Source of the DNA: Takakia lepidozioides
Lineage: Eukaryota; Plantae; Bryophyta
Assembly (NCBI GenBank): GCA_030704615.1
Contig: CM060734.1
Span: forward strand, 12,958,001 to 13,022,000
Reading direction: 5' to 3'
DNA: 64,000 nucleotides
The notes below the pieces were generated by a model. That model ran no database searches. It saw nothing but the letters and a program-made list of their open reading frames with translations, and was not told the DNA's origin. Positions within the stretch are counted from its first letter, which is position 1. Each line of letters opens with the position of its first letter. Below are positions 1 to 11,825 of the stretch, piece by piece. A program made the translations under genes and the position numbers.

Positions 1-145
1 GCTCCACCATGCTAATTATACTTCATAATGAATGACATATCTTACTACATGATTACGTCACTCATCAATCTTCCATCGGAATTGTGCCAAAGAAAAGAAG
101 ATTAATGTAAAATCCAAAGAAATAATAAGCATGAAATGGGAACAC

Positions 146-1296
146 TCACCCGGTACAATGGCAGCCAACATGATATGGCCTTTTTTTTATTGAAAGATAC
201 GGAGGGATGTTGTAATTCACCATGGTCACCGGCCAAATGGAATGACTACATGACTGGACAGAGCATGGGTTGACCCCATCCGAGGAGAAGCTGAGGCGGA
301 CATGTCGTGGGTCCTCCAAGAGAAAAGGCCACATCTCTTCAGTATGCCTCCATGCTTGTGAATCTTGTGGCCCGCACACCTTTCCCGGGGGGGCTTCGAT
401 GCGAGGCGTGCCATCTCATCAGTTGTGCCAATGAGGGGCTTCGGTAGTGTGCCTGCAGTCGCGGGATGATTGGAAAGTAATGCATTTTCTGGCACCATCC
501 CCATGTCGGCCTTATATCATAATCAGTGTCATTCATATCTGTAAGTAAAACCTTACGTCTTGTAGCGGTTGTAAAAATATAGAATGCAATATACAAGTGT
601 ATTGTGGCACGGGTATGCCTTGCTCGGGGTTTTCTTCCCTTGAACATCATCCCGATATCGGTCTTTGTTGCACTTTGGACACTTGATGAGTTTTGCATTC
701 TCTCCGTAGTACAGGGTTTTATCACATGGACATGCATGAAAAATCTTATAGCCCATCCCCACAGCATCCAAGGCTGTTCTTGCCTCTTTTCTTGATCGTG
801 GCATTCTCGGCTTCAAATGTGGGGCAAGGATGTAGTCCGCAATAGTCCGCATTATGGCAGACATACCCACATTGTCTATGCTAAACCGGATTTGCAAATT
901 CAGCAACAACAAGATGGTTGAAAGTCTACTCACTTTGGTCCCTTCGTATAAGGGAGTTTTGGCTTCTTTTTCCATGTCATTCAAAGAGTCTGCGTCCTCA
1001 TCTACCATCTGATGCATTAAGAGGTCCTCCATTGCTGCCACATCCTCATGCATAATTTCATTGTCATTGTTGTCCTTATCATCGGAGACCGCCATTTCAG
1101 ACGGGGTCGGGTCCCTTTGATACGCACCCCCCTCCGAAGGAACAAAATCCCGGTTTATGACAAGATCATGAACTTCATGAATTAACGTCGTGGGGTTGTG
1201 GAGGTTAGCTATTTCATGAGCATGAGCGGCATGAGCGGAGTAGCAATACAATCGGTTTTCATGAGCAGAAGTACAAATTTCGAAAATAAAAAACAT
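146..1296 (-). mobile_element. CACTA/En-Spm (Tnp2-like, Transposase_21-type) transposase remnant, split by introns and frameshifts, running off the window start
   Basis: ORF pieces carry characteristic Tnp2 motifs: HACPCDKTLYYG...CPKCNKDRY, HYFPIIPRLQAHY...LMRWH, and DSQAW...DPRHVRLSFSSDGVNP...SIWPV...YNIPP. Confidence 0.85.
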
Positions 1297-1434
1297 TATA
1301 AAACATTAATTTAATGGAATGTGTCAGAAAAAACAAATATATTATTCGGCACCTTGAAGGGGAAATTGTAGTTTTGAGAGTTGTGCTCATGATATTTCGT
1401 CTTCCGCTCATGCCAATTCCCAGCGACATGTGCA

Positions 1435-1832
1435 AAAATGGCGCCGAATTTCGCGGTAATAGGGTCCGTAACCGGAAAGAATCGCGACGTATTTCGCGGT
1501 AATAGGTCTCTCTGGCGAAAAATGGTGCCGAATTCCGCGGCTATAGGTCCCCTCATGACAGGTGTGTAAGCCCAAAATTTGGAAATGTGGCGCCGAATTT
1601 CGGTACATGGTGCCGGGGATTGCACAGATGTTGGGCAGTTCTAGGCCATGTAACTGGAAATTCGGCGCCATTTTTCCAGACATCGTTCCCGAGCATGTTC
1701 GGACTTAGCCAGTTTTCGGCCCAAAATAGGTAAATTCGGCGCCATTTTTCCAGACACAGGGGTACCAGTGCATGTTGGGACTTAGCCAGTTTTCGGCCCA
1801 AAATAGAGAAATTCGGCCGCCATTTTTCCAGA
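1435..1832. repeat. Cluster of TGGCGCCGAATTT / AAATTCGGCGCCA motifs in both orientations (probable subterminal repeats of a DNA transposon)
   Basis: About 8 copies in both orientations, plus a ~79-bp tandem unit (gcatgtt.ggacttagccagttttcggcccaaaatag) at ~1692 and ~1770. Lies just upstream of the CACTA ORF. Confidence 0.6.
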
Positions 1833-3779
1833 AATGGCCCCACAACTGCTTCTGTTGGATCTCAGTTTGAATGGAATATTGCCTCATTCCAAGAGTTTTG
1901 GGGTGCATTTCATTACACTGCAAAAAAAAATCTGATACATGAAAATGCAATTGAAAATATCCATATGGAGGATTCCCTTTGCCTCATCAATGATTTCTGG
2001 AATCCCTAAGGAGGAGTTTGTGCAGCTCGTTGACGCTCAACGCCGGTGCATGAATAAAGTCATCAATAGTCACGTTCATCATCAACCCCTTCAGGTAAAT
2101 GTAATACAGATGCTTGCACGGATAATCTTTGAACCCTTCTTTGCTTCCATCAACGAGAAGTCCGTACAATTGCAAGTCGGCTCCACTCCAATCGTAATTG
2201 TGTATACATCGTCGCGTACAGCCGAGCCGGCCGTTGCCATCCGATAAACACGCCCAAGGCCGGGTGGAGGTACGTCCACGGAGCTCTGAATAGTGCAAGC
2301 CATCCCAAGAGCATTGGCAATCCGAGTCTCATTCAACTTGTTGGGAGGGTGTCGTCTCTTCACTCTTCCGAATCGCATTGTGGGATGTGCAGAATTGTCC
2401 AATCCGTCTCTACTGGACCGACCAGTCTGCAATGGCTGGGTCTGAGGAACTGGAAATGCGTGGGCCGGGACGTCTGTGCGTTGCACCATTCGAAATCCTG
2501 CTGCAGATAGAGCATCTGCCTCATTCTGAGAGAGGCTGCAACCTGGTGCAACAGGCCAGACGCCCGGAGGCTCCGGCATTCCCTAAATCCCGTATTTGGG
2601 CTTGCCAAATACACAGGTCATTATGTCGTGCCTACAGAACCAAAACGTCTGCGTTGTGGCGTGAGCAAATGTGGGAGTCAAAAATCTGCCACTGAAACAA
2701 GGTGCAGGTACAGCACCGTGTGGGTTCCTCCGAATCATCTCACCACAGCGTGCTCTCGTATCCACCCGACTGGCGCAGCACTTCCCTCGAAATGCCGGCA
2801 ATGTCCTTGCAATTCTCCACTGTGACTCTGACACTCTTGTCTCCACAATGGGTATGTTGTACTGCATTACCACAGATGGCTCATTATGTTCCTCGGGCAC
2901 GTGCCCTGTGCTCAAAGGAGATGGCGATCTTGAACGTGCAGGACTTGCGGTGCTCGACGAGACCTCCTTGGGCAACATCATGGGACCACGAGGGAGAGTG
3001 CGAATATTCTTGTCAGCTCGCCATGAATCCTCTTCCCCGCCAGGTGCCTCGTCAAGTCTTCGTCTCACTGGACGGGTATGAACATCTCCTTCCAAATGTT
3101 GGCCTCTTCGAAGCAATGGCGTGTCCCGAAGGCCCTCTCGCAAGGCCGCCACCCACTTCCGAGGATTCTTCGATCTGGAGGCAGTCCGCATCAGCATTTC
3201 CTGCCTGTCCGGCCCCAAGCCCCACTGTTTCCCTTTCAAGAACTCGTTGTACCTGCATTGATGCATAATTGACCTCACAATGTCCTCTGTTGTGGCAGTG
3301 AGGATGACCACCAGATGCGCCGCAGAGGAGGCATGCCAGGAAGAATGCACTGATTCGGCCATGTTTGTCGTGGGCATGTCGGTGTCGGAGTCGAGACACA
3401 TTTCCTGCACAAGCACATGTTGAGGTTACAAGCAAGTTACAAATAATGCCAAGAATAATATTCAACGGGACGCGAATTCGTGCAACTCACCTCCCGCATT
3501 TAGTCGCCGAACTGGAGGAAACGATAATGCCACCATGCTAGCCAATTGACCATTGCTCCCTCGTCTGATTTCCTTACAGCACCTGACGATGTCCACCAAG
3601 CCCGTATACATGCAAACTGTGTCTTTGCATCATCCAAGGTGGGAGCGCGCTTCCACGCAAGACACATGGAACGGTGCTCCTCTCTGAAATCTGGCGCCAC
3701 GAGTCTGGTTGTGTACTACAAAAGGCTCTGCAGAAAATGGAACCCACAAGATCTCTCCTTGCCATCCATGGGAACATTG

Positions 3780-6043
3780 CAACGACGCTACCGCGTGAGC
3801 CTGGCGTGTGAGCGTGTGAGCGTACGCTCACACAATGGTGATGTGGCATGAGCCTACGCTCACAACGCTGACATGGCACTGGTGTTGATGTGGCGTGAGC
3901 CCACCCAAGGTCGTGCCACGTCACCACAAAGATGGTGGGCCTATAACCGTGGAGCCTATAACTGTGGGATTTCACCATCTGAAGGTGAGATGGGTTAAGG
4001 GTTTAGGGCGTCCACAGATATCAACCTTGTGTTAACACGAGGTTGATTTCAGAAAACTTGAAATGAACCTTGTATTAACACGAGGTTGATATCCTAGAAC
4101 TGAAATCAACCTTGTGTTAACACGAGGTTGATTTCAAGTTCTCGAAATCAACCTTGTATTAACACGAGGTTGATTTCCGAGAATGTTCATTTGAATGTGA
4201 CTTCATGTATTTGCAAATGAACAAATGAGTTTGAGGAACGAATGCAACAAATGGTAGACGCACGCACAACAAGATCGATGACGTGACATACACCGACAGA
4301 CATACGACTTCATTTTATTTTTTATTTTTTATTCTCCTTGGGGGGTGATGCAAATCAACCTTGCATTGACGCAAGTTTGATTTGAAAAATGAAAGCATCA
4401 TTTTTTGAAGATTTTATTTATTTATTTTTATTTTTATTTATTTATTTATTTATTTTTCCCTTCCCTGCGGGGGGTGATGCAAATAACCTTGCGTTGACGC
4501 AACCTTGATTTGAGAATGAAAGCATCATTTTTTGAAGATTTGTTTCTTTTCCCTCCTTGGGGAGTGATGCAAATCAACCTTGCATTGACGCAACCTTGAT
4601 TTGAGAAATGAAAGCATCTTTTTTTGAAGATTTTTTTTTTTTTCCTCCCTGGAGGGTGATGCAAATCAACTTTGCTTTGACGCAACCTTGATTTGAGAAA
4701 TGAAAGTTTTTTTTTTTTTTTTTTTTTTTTAAATAAATTTCCTTGGGAGGGTGATGCAAATCAACCTTGCGTTGACGCAACCTTGATTTGAGAAATGAAA
4801 GCATCCTTTTTTTAGGACTGTTTTTTGCATTTTGTATGGTTGCTAGCCTTGTTGTTCTTCGTTTCGTGTCTTGCATTGCAAGTCTTGCCAACCTGTTCTG
4901 CACGATGTTTTTTCATAAACCGCAAAGACGCTTTAGGGCTTTCCTGGTGTTTGTCTGGAAAACGTCTATCAATGAAAAGTGGATGTGAATTGGGGGGAAG
5001 GAACTTCGTTAGAACAAATTCAATGTCCTTCGTGTTCATTACGCAACAGGACATTGTACTCTCTGAAATATCCTGTGCCCGTGGACAAAAACCATCCACA
5101 AACCACCCGTGATTTCTCATCCGACCAAGATTTGGATGAGGGATGAGACTTCTCGGGAATTAAAGTTGGCAAATCTGGGGCGTGGTAGTCGCCTACAGTT
5201 CCGCGGAAATAGGTGGCATCCGCGGAATTAGGTCCTGCATGTCGCGGCCCTTTGCCTTGAGGGCAGGGGGTCGGGACACATGAGGGGCTGCCCCTGTGGT
5301 GGGGGCAGCGGCAGCGATAGGTATGGGGGGCTGAAGCACCCTTGAGTGCCCAAGGCACTCAAGGAGGCGGAGGCGCTCACTAGGTGGAGCCCCGCACACC
5401 GGGTTGCGGTGGAGGTGGCTCCACAAGGGGTGGTGGTAGCTTAGTGGGACTTAGTGGGGGTGGCATAGGACTCACCATGGGGGTGGAGACCTCGAGGTGG
5501 GAGTCGTGGGGAGTCTTGGGACTCATCACGGTCCATTGGGGCCGCGGTGAGTGGGCCAAGACTCACCGCGACTCACCACCGGGAGTCGAGGGTTTTCGTG
5601 GTGGTTCGCCATAAAATGGCATGGCTGGTTATGAAACCCCCGCGGACAGCTACAGAAGTATATATAGGGAGTAGTAACCCCGAGAACGGTGCAAGCCCGT
5701 TGGTGACCAAAAAACTAGTGAGTAAGCGAGCGAGCCGGAAAGCGACCAAAGAGTGGGGAGCTGTTCCGGACTGCCATCTACCAAAGGGAATTCTCCTAGT
5801 CCCAAATAGGTGGAGGGTTTAGAGGGAAGCGGAAGGGGACCGTTATGTCCCGGTGAGCAGCCGAAACTCCAAGTTGGCCCGGCGGCCAGGTTGGGAGTCA
5901 GGCGCGCGCATCCAAGCGAGTAACTATGACTTGAAGGGGAGTTTACCGAACTGAGGTGTGCGACACTGCACATGGGAAACCTTGCTGATGTGGCGTAAGC
6001 CTAGCTGGGCTCACTCGGCCAGGCTCATGCACAAGCATTCCCC
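3780..6043. mobile_element. Non-autonomous DNA element with 9-bp target-site duplication (Mutator-type TSD length)
   Basis: GGAACATTG flanks the element at 3771-3779 and 6044-6052. Degenerate inverted ends (gcgtgagcctggc...gccaggctcatgc). No credible transposase inside. Confidence 0.8.
4018..4810. repeat. Four ~32-bp hairpin repeats (AAATCAACCTTGTGTTAACACGAGGTTGATTT), then five ~90-130-bp tandem units built on a related core
   Basis: Hairpin copies at ~4018, 4061, 4103 and 4145. Units GGGTGATGCAAATCAACCTTGCGTTGACGCAACCTTGATTTGAGAAATGAAAG at ~4341, 4470, 4559, 4651 and 4746. Confidence 0.85.
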
Positions 6044-7244
6044 GGAACATTGGGGTCTTGCCCATACACCCTTCGGATGGCAGCCCAATTTGCTTGTGCG
6101 TTGTCCGCCATGAAACCACGGAAATTGGGAGGGGACAATCCCGCCTTGGCCATCTGTTCATTTATTCCCTGCCAAAGAAGCATCTCCGATTGTGTGTCCT
6201 CTCCTTTCATCTCACAAATAGCAATTGTCATTAGCATCCTGCAGTGGGTGTCGTAGACATGTGCACCCATTGTCACCCACTGGTGATTTGTAATTCGCTT
6301 GATATGGTCGAACATGACCCAACTGTTTGACAAGTCCCCACTCGTCATCCTGTCGACCAGTTCGACGCCGTTGCCAGGTCCACACGTGGACATTTTGAAT
6401 ACGAAACAACGATCTGCCTCAGTCCCTTGTCCTGGAAACCTACTTCCATGAATGTAGTCATATCCACATCGTCGCTTCACCTCCAGAATGGAGTGCATAT
6501 CCGAGCCACGCCCAATTTTTTGTTTGCATGAGACAATGTGGTTTTGGACATTCGGTGAACATACGTGGGACACCGACTCTAGCAACGCCTCCATTTCCTT
6601 CTCATCGAGAGGAACTCTATCGGAGCCGTCTTCCGATATAATTCTGGCCAAGGCCATCTTATGGGCGAATTGGAGCTGTATCTGTTTGGGTTTGGCACCC
6701 GGTCTCAACTTAACCTCCTCCTGAACGAGTTGCTCTGCCTCGTGGGCAGCCTCCCGCAAGTTCCCCCTCGCCAATTTGTGACAATGAGAACCAACTTTAA
6801 TTTAATCAATCAAATTATAAAATTATAGAATTTAGATTATTAATTGATTTAAATTCTTTATTACTTTTTTGGCAAAATGGAAGCCATTGTTGTCATACAT
6901 ACTAGCAACCACAAGGAGAAACAAAGTTGACATGTACAGGGGAGTACAAGCCCTGTAAATCATCTTACAAAATTCCAAATTGGACAAGCATCCCAACGGA
7001 TGCCTCAAAGTCTATGTGGAGAAAAAATTAAGCAAACCCACACAAAGGCAGAAGTTCTTTAGTACTACTACAGTTCTGGTACTACTAAAATGAAGGACTC
7101 TATTTACAACTAACGAGTGCAATACTCCTTACAACTGCATTTGGCCAACAACTTTGAAACGAACTTGGTCACCACACACCCGAAGATTCTTCATGAGATT
7201 GCCAACATCCGACAACATTCCATTCAGTGGTCTAGAAAAGGAGA

Positions 7245-10034
7245 ATTTAATCAGAGCAGATCTTGAGCAGGAGCAATTACATGCGGCACACAAACATCAA
7301 CTCTACCAAATGCAAGTTCAGCATGAGAGGAATTTGCAAGCAGAGAAACTGCTTAATTCTGGATTGGTAGCAGCCAATCAGAAACTTGTCATGCAGTTTG
7401 CCACCCTGACAGCTAAACTGGAACTGGCTGATGAGGAAGTCAACAAGCAAACCGAGAGGTGTGCATGGGCGAAGGCAGAGGCAAGGGACCAGGGAAAACT
7501 CATTGCAGACATGAAGGATACTCTCTGTCGTAATGAGGATACCACTCAACAGTTGAAACGCCTCAATGACAAGAAAGACCAGTAACTTTTAGAGTTGCGT
7601 CAAAAAGTCATAGTAAGGGATAACGAACTTTCTGTGAGTGAAAGGGCGTAGAAGGAAGCCAATAATCTGTCAGCTGCCTATGCAGCTCTGGTCGATCCTC
7701 ATGCGAAGAGAATGGAGAGTTTACAACAGCAGTTGGAAGAATACAAGCTCAAGGAGGAGCAGGGTATCCGAAGTGCTACGCAGGACTTGGTGGACAACCA
7801 CCTCTTACAGGAGTGGTTGACACAAGGGCCAGTGGAAGGAAAAGCACCTAGGAAATTGACTCAAGATGAGATGAATTATGATCTCAGGCAAGGGGTGCAG
7901 AATATTGCCACAACAACTATAGACAATGTCTATAGTCGGATAGCCGAGTTGCAGGAGGATGTAGAAGAACTTCAGACTCAAGTGGATGAGTTGAGTTCCA
8001 ACATTGAGAAGAGGGCATTTGTTCCGGAGGAACAGCTACTGGCCACTTACTTGCGGGCAAAGACTTTGGTCTTTCAATTTCCAGCACTAGAAGTACAGGC
8101 TTTGCCAGCACAAGGAGGGGTTGTGTCAACATCACAACAGCCACTTCAGGTCGCCAGTGTGGATACCATGACACAGCTGCAAACAATACCTGCTGTTTGG
8201 GGTGACTCTTCTTTTAAACCACCTAGGATTGCTGCTGATTTTGAATATAGCAATGTCATGGTTCTTCCCTTCAACCATATTCCCTTGGTTATGGATTTGG
8301 TTTGGAAGGAAATGGGTCCTCCCGAGTCCTTGGCACATTATTACCAACTTATGCGCATTTGGTTGCCATTGGCAACTCAGAACAAGGTACTTCCATCAGA
8401 TAGACCCATTGAGGATCACCATTTTGCACGTTGTTAGGCTGAGGCAGGAACAATGCTCAGGGAATTACTTGCCTTCCAGGTCATTCACGGGTTCATGTAC
8501 ACCAAGACCAGGGAAGTTCCTAGTCTTGTCATGGGCTGTGGAACATACTATGTTGTTTGTTTTGTTTTACGCTACCACACAGAATAGCAAAAAATGCAGA
8601 TGAGGTACCAGACTTATTCCAATGGGGAGCATTAGACATTACCTCCAGTTCCAGACCACAAGTACCTGTATGATGTGAGGCTCATGCTTCACGTCCGGGA
8701 TAAACAACTTTATGACTGGTTCTCTTTTGCTCTGAAGGATTTAGCCGAACTGGACTGGGAAGATCACATTTTCCCCAAAGGGCATGAGGCCAGGAAGTGG
8801 CTGGTTACATTTTTCAAAAGGTGATAGGCACGCCACTCAGTTACACAGATGAGGAGCTACGGGCGTATACTAATCTTGCCTGACAGAAGGTGGCACAAGT
8901 ATTCATGCAGGGTATTCCAGACATGGTAGGCATACATGGTATGCCAGTCAAACTTCCTGCAGTGCAGCCGAAGGCCAGGAAACAGAAAGAACAGCGGGGG
9001 GACAGTGACTCTAATACCACTGGTTCTTTAGATGGCATTTTTTGACATGGCTGAGGACTATGAGAAAGCAATGCAGGAGAAGAGACGACGAGGATCTCAT
9101 ATGCCTGAGAAATTGCCACCATATCAACCCAAGACAGGACAATCTGCTCCACCAAGTCAACAGCCATCCCCGCTAGCCAAAGACAAGGCTCGGGCTCATA
9201 CACAGAGCCCTCATAAAGACTCTCATTAGCATACAGGTGCCAAATTTCAAAGGTTTGCTGGCCCCAAGCAATAAACCGTGAGGGCACAGCTTTTTGAAAG
9301 GGGGGTATAATGTTATAGGGCTGTCTGGGACTTAGACGATTTAGGGGTTCTGTGGGGTACCCTTAATTTTGCGCAGACATGGCTCTGCTGCCATGAACAG
9401 ACACAGGTGAGCACAGGCCTTAAGGTGCGGCAGACACAGGCCCACATAGGCAGTAGTCACAGACTTACACAGCCTATCACAGGGTATCACAGGCAAGACG
9501 GGTACGACAGCTGTGACCTCATAACTGTGCGGTCATAGCCCGATACAACCGCACATTGTTTGTGCACCCCACTTTGTTTTTTTTTTAATGTCAAAATGGG
9601 CCAAACTATGGAGAGAGCATCACTTCTGGGGCGGAGAGAGCTTGATACCTGCAAGTGGTAGAGATGTTACTATAGGGTAGAATAGAGACACCATTGCTTC
9701 GGCCTGACATATAACAGTTATTAATACGATTCCTACTTCATACTCATACTGTGTAGAGAGACCTAAGTGAAGCTGTGGAATGTATGCTTAAGTTGTAAAG
9801 ATGGAACTTGGTAAATAACAGAAACAATTTGATACTTAATCTTAGATAGTAAGGTAACATACTAAACATGAATGCAAGAAGGAATAGATATAGGAAAGCA
9901 CCCCCATGATACACTAGGTGTAGGTCATGATTGATTGTTCTGAGCGGGCTGAGTACTTAGAGATTTCTAACTCTTCTAACCTAGAGTTTCCACCCCGGAT
10001 AGCTAAGGGATAGGAGAGTAAAAGCCGCTCAATA
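7245..10034 (+). mobile_element. Older, 5'-truncated relative of gypsy family B: C-terminal part of the 3' extra ORF, PPT and 3' LTR (LTR ~9311-10034)
   Basis: Translation matches 44800-46872 (QGPVEGK.PRKLTQ.EMN, NIATTTIDNVYSRIAELQEDV). PPT gaaagggggg precedes TGTTATAG. LTR end aaagccgctcaata aligns to family B aaagccgcgcgaca. Confidence 0.85.
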
Positions 10035-10532
10035 AGAGGCTGCATCCTGTTTTTGTGTCAGCATGGAGTCTGGCGGGAATCAACAAAGCTGGGGCAGGAG
10101 CAGTGAGCAGCAGGCAAGGGCGGTAAGGAATTATGAGCGTAACAAGGCTCCTAGGATATATGCGAAGTGGTAGCACCGGATAGTAGCTTTTGCAACACCA
10201 TCAGACTTTCCTTGGAAGGTAGAGACGGAGTTGAGAGATGGAGAGTTGTGATGAAGAGGACGATTGTGGAGGAGGATTGATTCTGATGTAGATTGAAGGA
10301 GATTTCCCTTCTTTTTTGTTCAAGGAGGAGGGCTTCATGAGCATCACCAGCTCTCCAAACATAGTGGAAGTGGAGTCTGATACAAGTGAGGAGACTACCA
10401 CCAGTGAACAGTCAGAATCTGATAATGATGAATGGCACAGTACCTTAGGAGATGACTTGATTGATGATTGGGATGTGCCACAAAGAGAAGAGGAGTTGAG
10501 AAAGGCCATAGATGTGACTGAAGGCAGAGGAG

Positions 10533-11825
10533 GTGTTGGAGGATCAAGGTTTAGCAAGTCTCCTTGAAGAAGAAACTGCAAAGGGAATGGCCTCATCCAT
10601 TGTTCATGAGGCACATGCTAAGGCCTGGGAAAGAGAGCTTGTCAATTCTGCATTTGACATTGAAGATGATTTCTATGATTGGAACATGATCACCTCTAGG
10701 GAAGAGAGGATGCGAATGGAGGCTCACATCTTCACTATCAACAGTTTGGAATCTGAAGAAGAGCATGAGGCTGAGGTGAGATGGCAGAGTCTGAAGACCA
10801 GACTTACATTCAGCCAGCAACTGTCATCTGAGCAAAGGGCAGGGCTGGAGAAGCTACTCAGAAGAAAACAACATTGTTTTGCCCTATCTAAGGCTGACAT
10901 GGGGTTCTGCTCTATTGTAGAACATGTCATCGATACGCAAGGCTTTCCTCCTTGCAAAAGTTATCCCAGCAGGCTTTCAGAGTGGGAAGAGAATGAGGTG
11001 CAGAAGCAGATAGAATCACTGATTGCCTTGCGTGAGAGTAAATCTGAATTTTCATGTCCTATCACCATGCCTCCAAAGAAGGATGGCTCAAGGCGATTTT
11101 GTGGGGACTATAGGTCGGTCAACAGTCTAACCAGGCGAGACTCTTACCCCATGCCTTTAATTCAAGATGTGAATTAGGCAAGGCTGAGTGGTTCTCAGCT
11201 TTGGATCTACAGAGTGGTTTCTGGCAGATAAAGATGGATCCTAGAGATGTCAAGAAAACCGCCGTAATCACCAAGAGAGGTTTGTATGAATGGTTGGTGA
11301 TGCCTTTTGGTTTGAAGAATGCCACTGCCATTTTTCAGAGAGCTATGAACACCATTCTGGCTACTGAGATTAAGGAGTGTGCAAAAGTGTTTGTTGATTA
11401 TGTCAATGTTCATAGTGAGTCTTGGGAGTTGCACGTTCAGCACTTGAAAAAGGTGTTGGAAAGGCTTGAGGGTGCTAACTCAAAATTGAATCCAGATAAA
11501 TGCAACTTTAGGAGCAAAGAACTGGTATTTCTTGGACACATAGTGTCTGCAGAAGGGATCAAGCCGGACCCAAACAAAATTGCTGCTATCCAGCACTATC
11601 TTGTGTCTAAGAATGCTACTGATGTAAGGGTATTCGTGGGGATCTGTGGGTACCACAGAATGTATGTTGAGGGTTTTTCCATCATTTGTGTACCTCTCTT
11701 CCACCTCACCAAGAAAGATGTTGTCTTTAAGTGGAATACTGATGCTCAGAATGCTTTTGAGTCATTGAGATTGCGCTTGTTGACTGCCCCAGTGCTTGCT
11801 CGTCTTGATTTTTCAAAACCTTTTA
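10533..11825 (+). pseudogene. Ty3/gypsy reverse transcriptase fragment (degenerate)
   Basis: PKKDGSRRFCGDYR, DSYPMP, LDLQSGFWQ, MPFGLKNA, FVDY (mutated xxDD), FLGHIVS. Breaks off at the start of RNase H (LDFSKPF). Confidence 0.9.

Larger units (their letters stand above)
1987..6774 (-). pseudogene. MULE-like transposase gene with C-terminal SWIM zinc finger, interrupted by a 2.26-kb insertion
   Basis: Putative catalytic-region motifs WVMFDH and FRGFMADNAQANWAAI, then ERSCGFHF and TTNMAESVH. SWIM motif PTCNCTDF...CKH. GT-AG intron at ~3405-3490. Removing 3780-6043 plus one TSD copy restores the frame QDPNVP-MDGKERSC. Confidence 0.75.

Noticed and set aside
4018-4810. CRISPR-like array of palindromic repeats
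   Set aside because: Spacers are ~10 bp or low-complexity and related to each other, there are no cas genes, and the context is a eukaryotic TE with a TSD.
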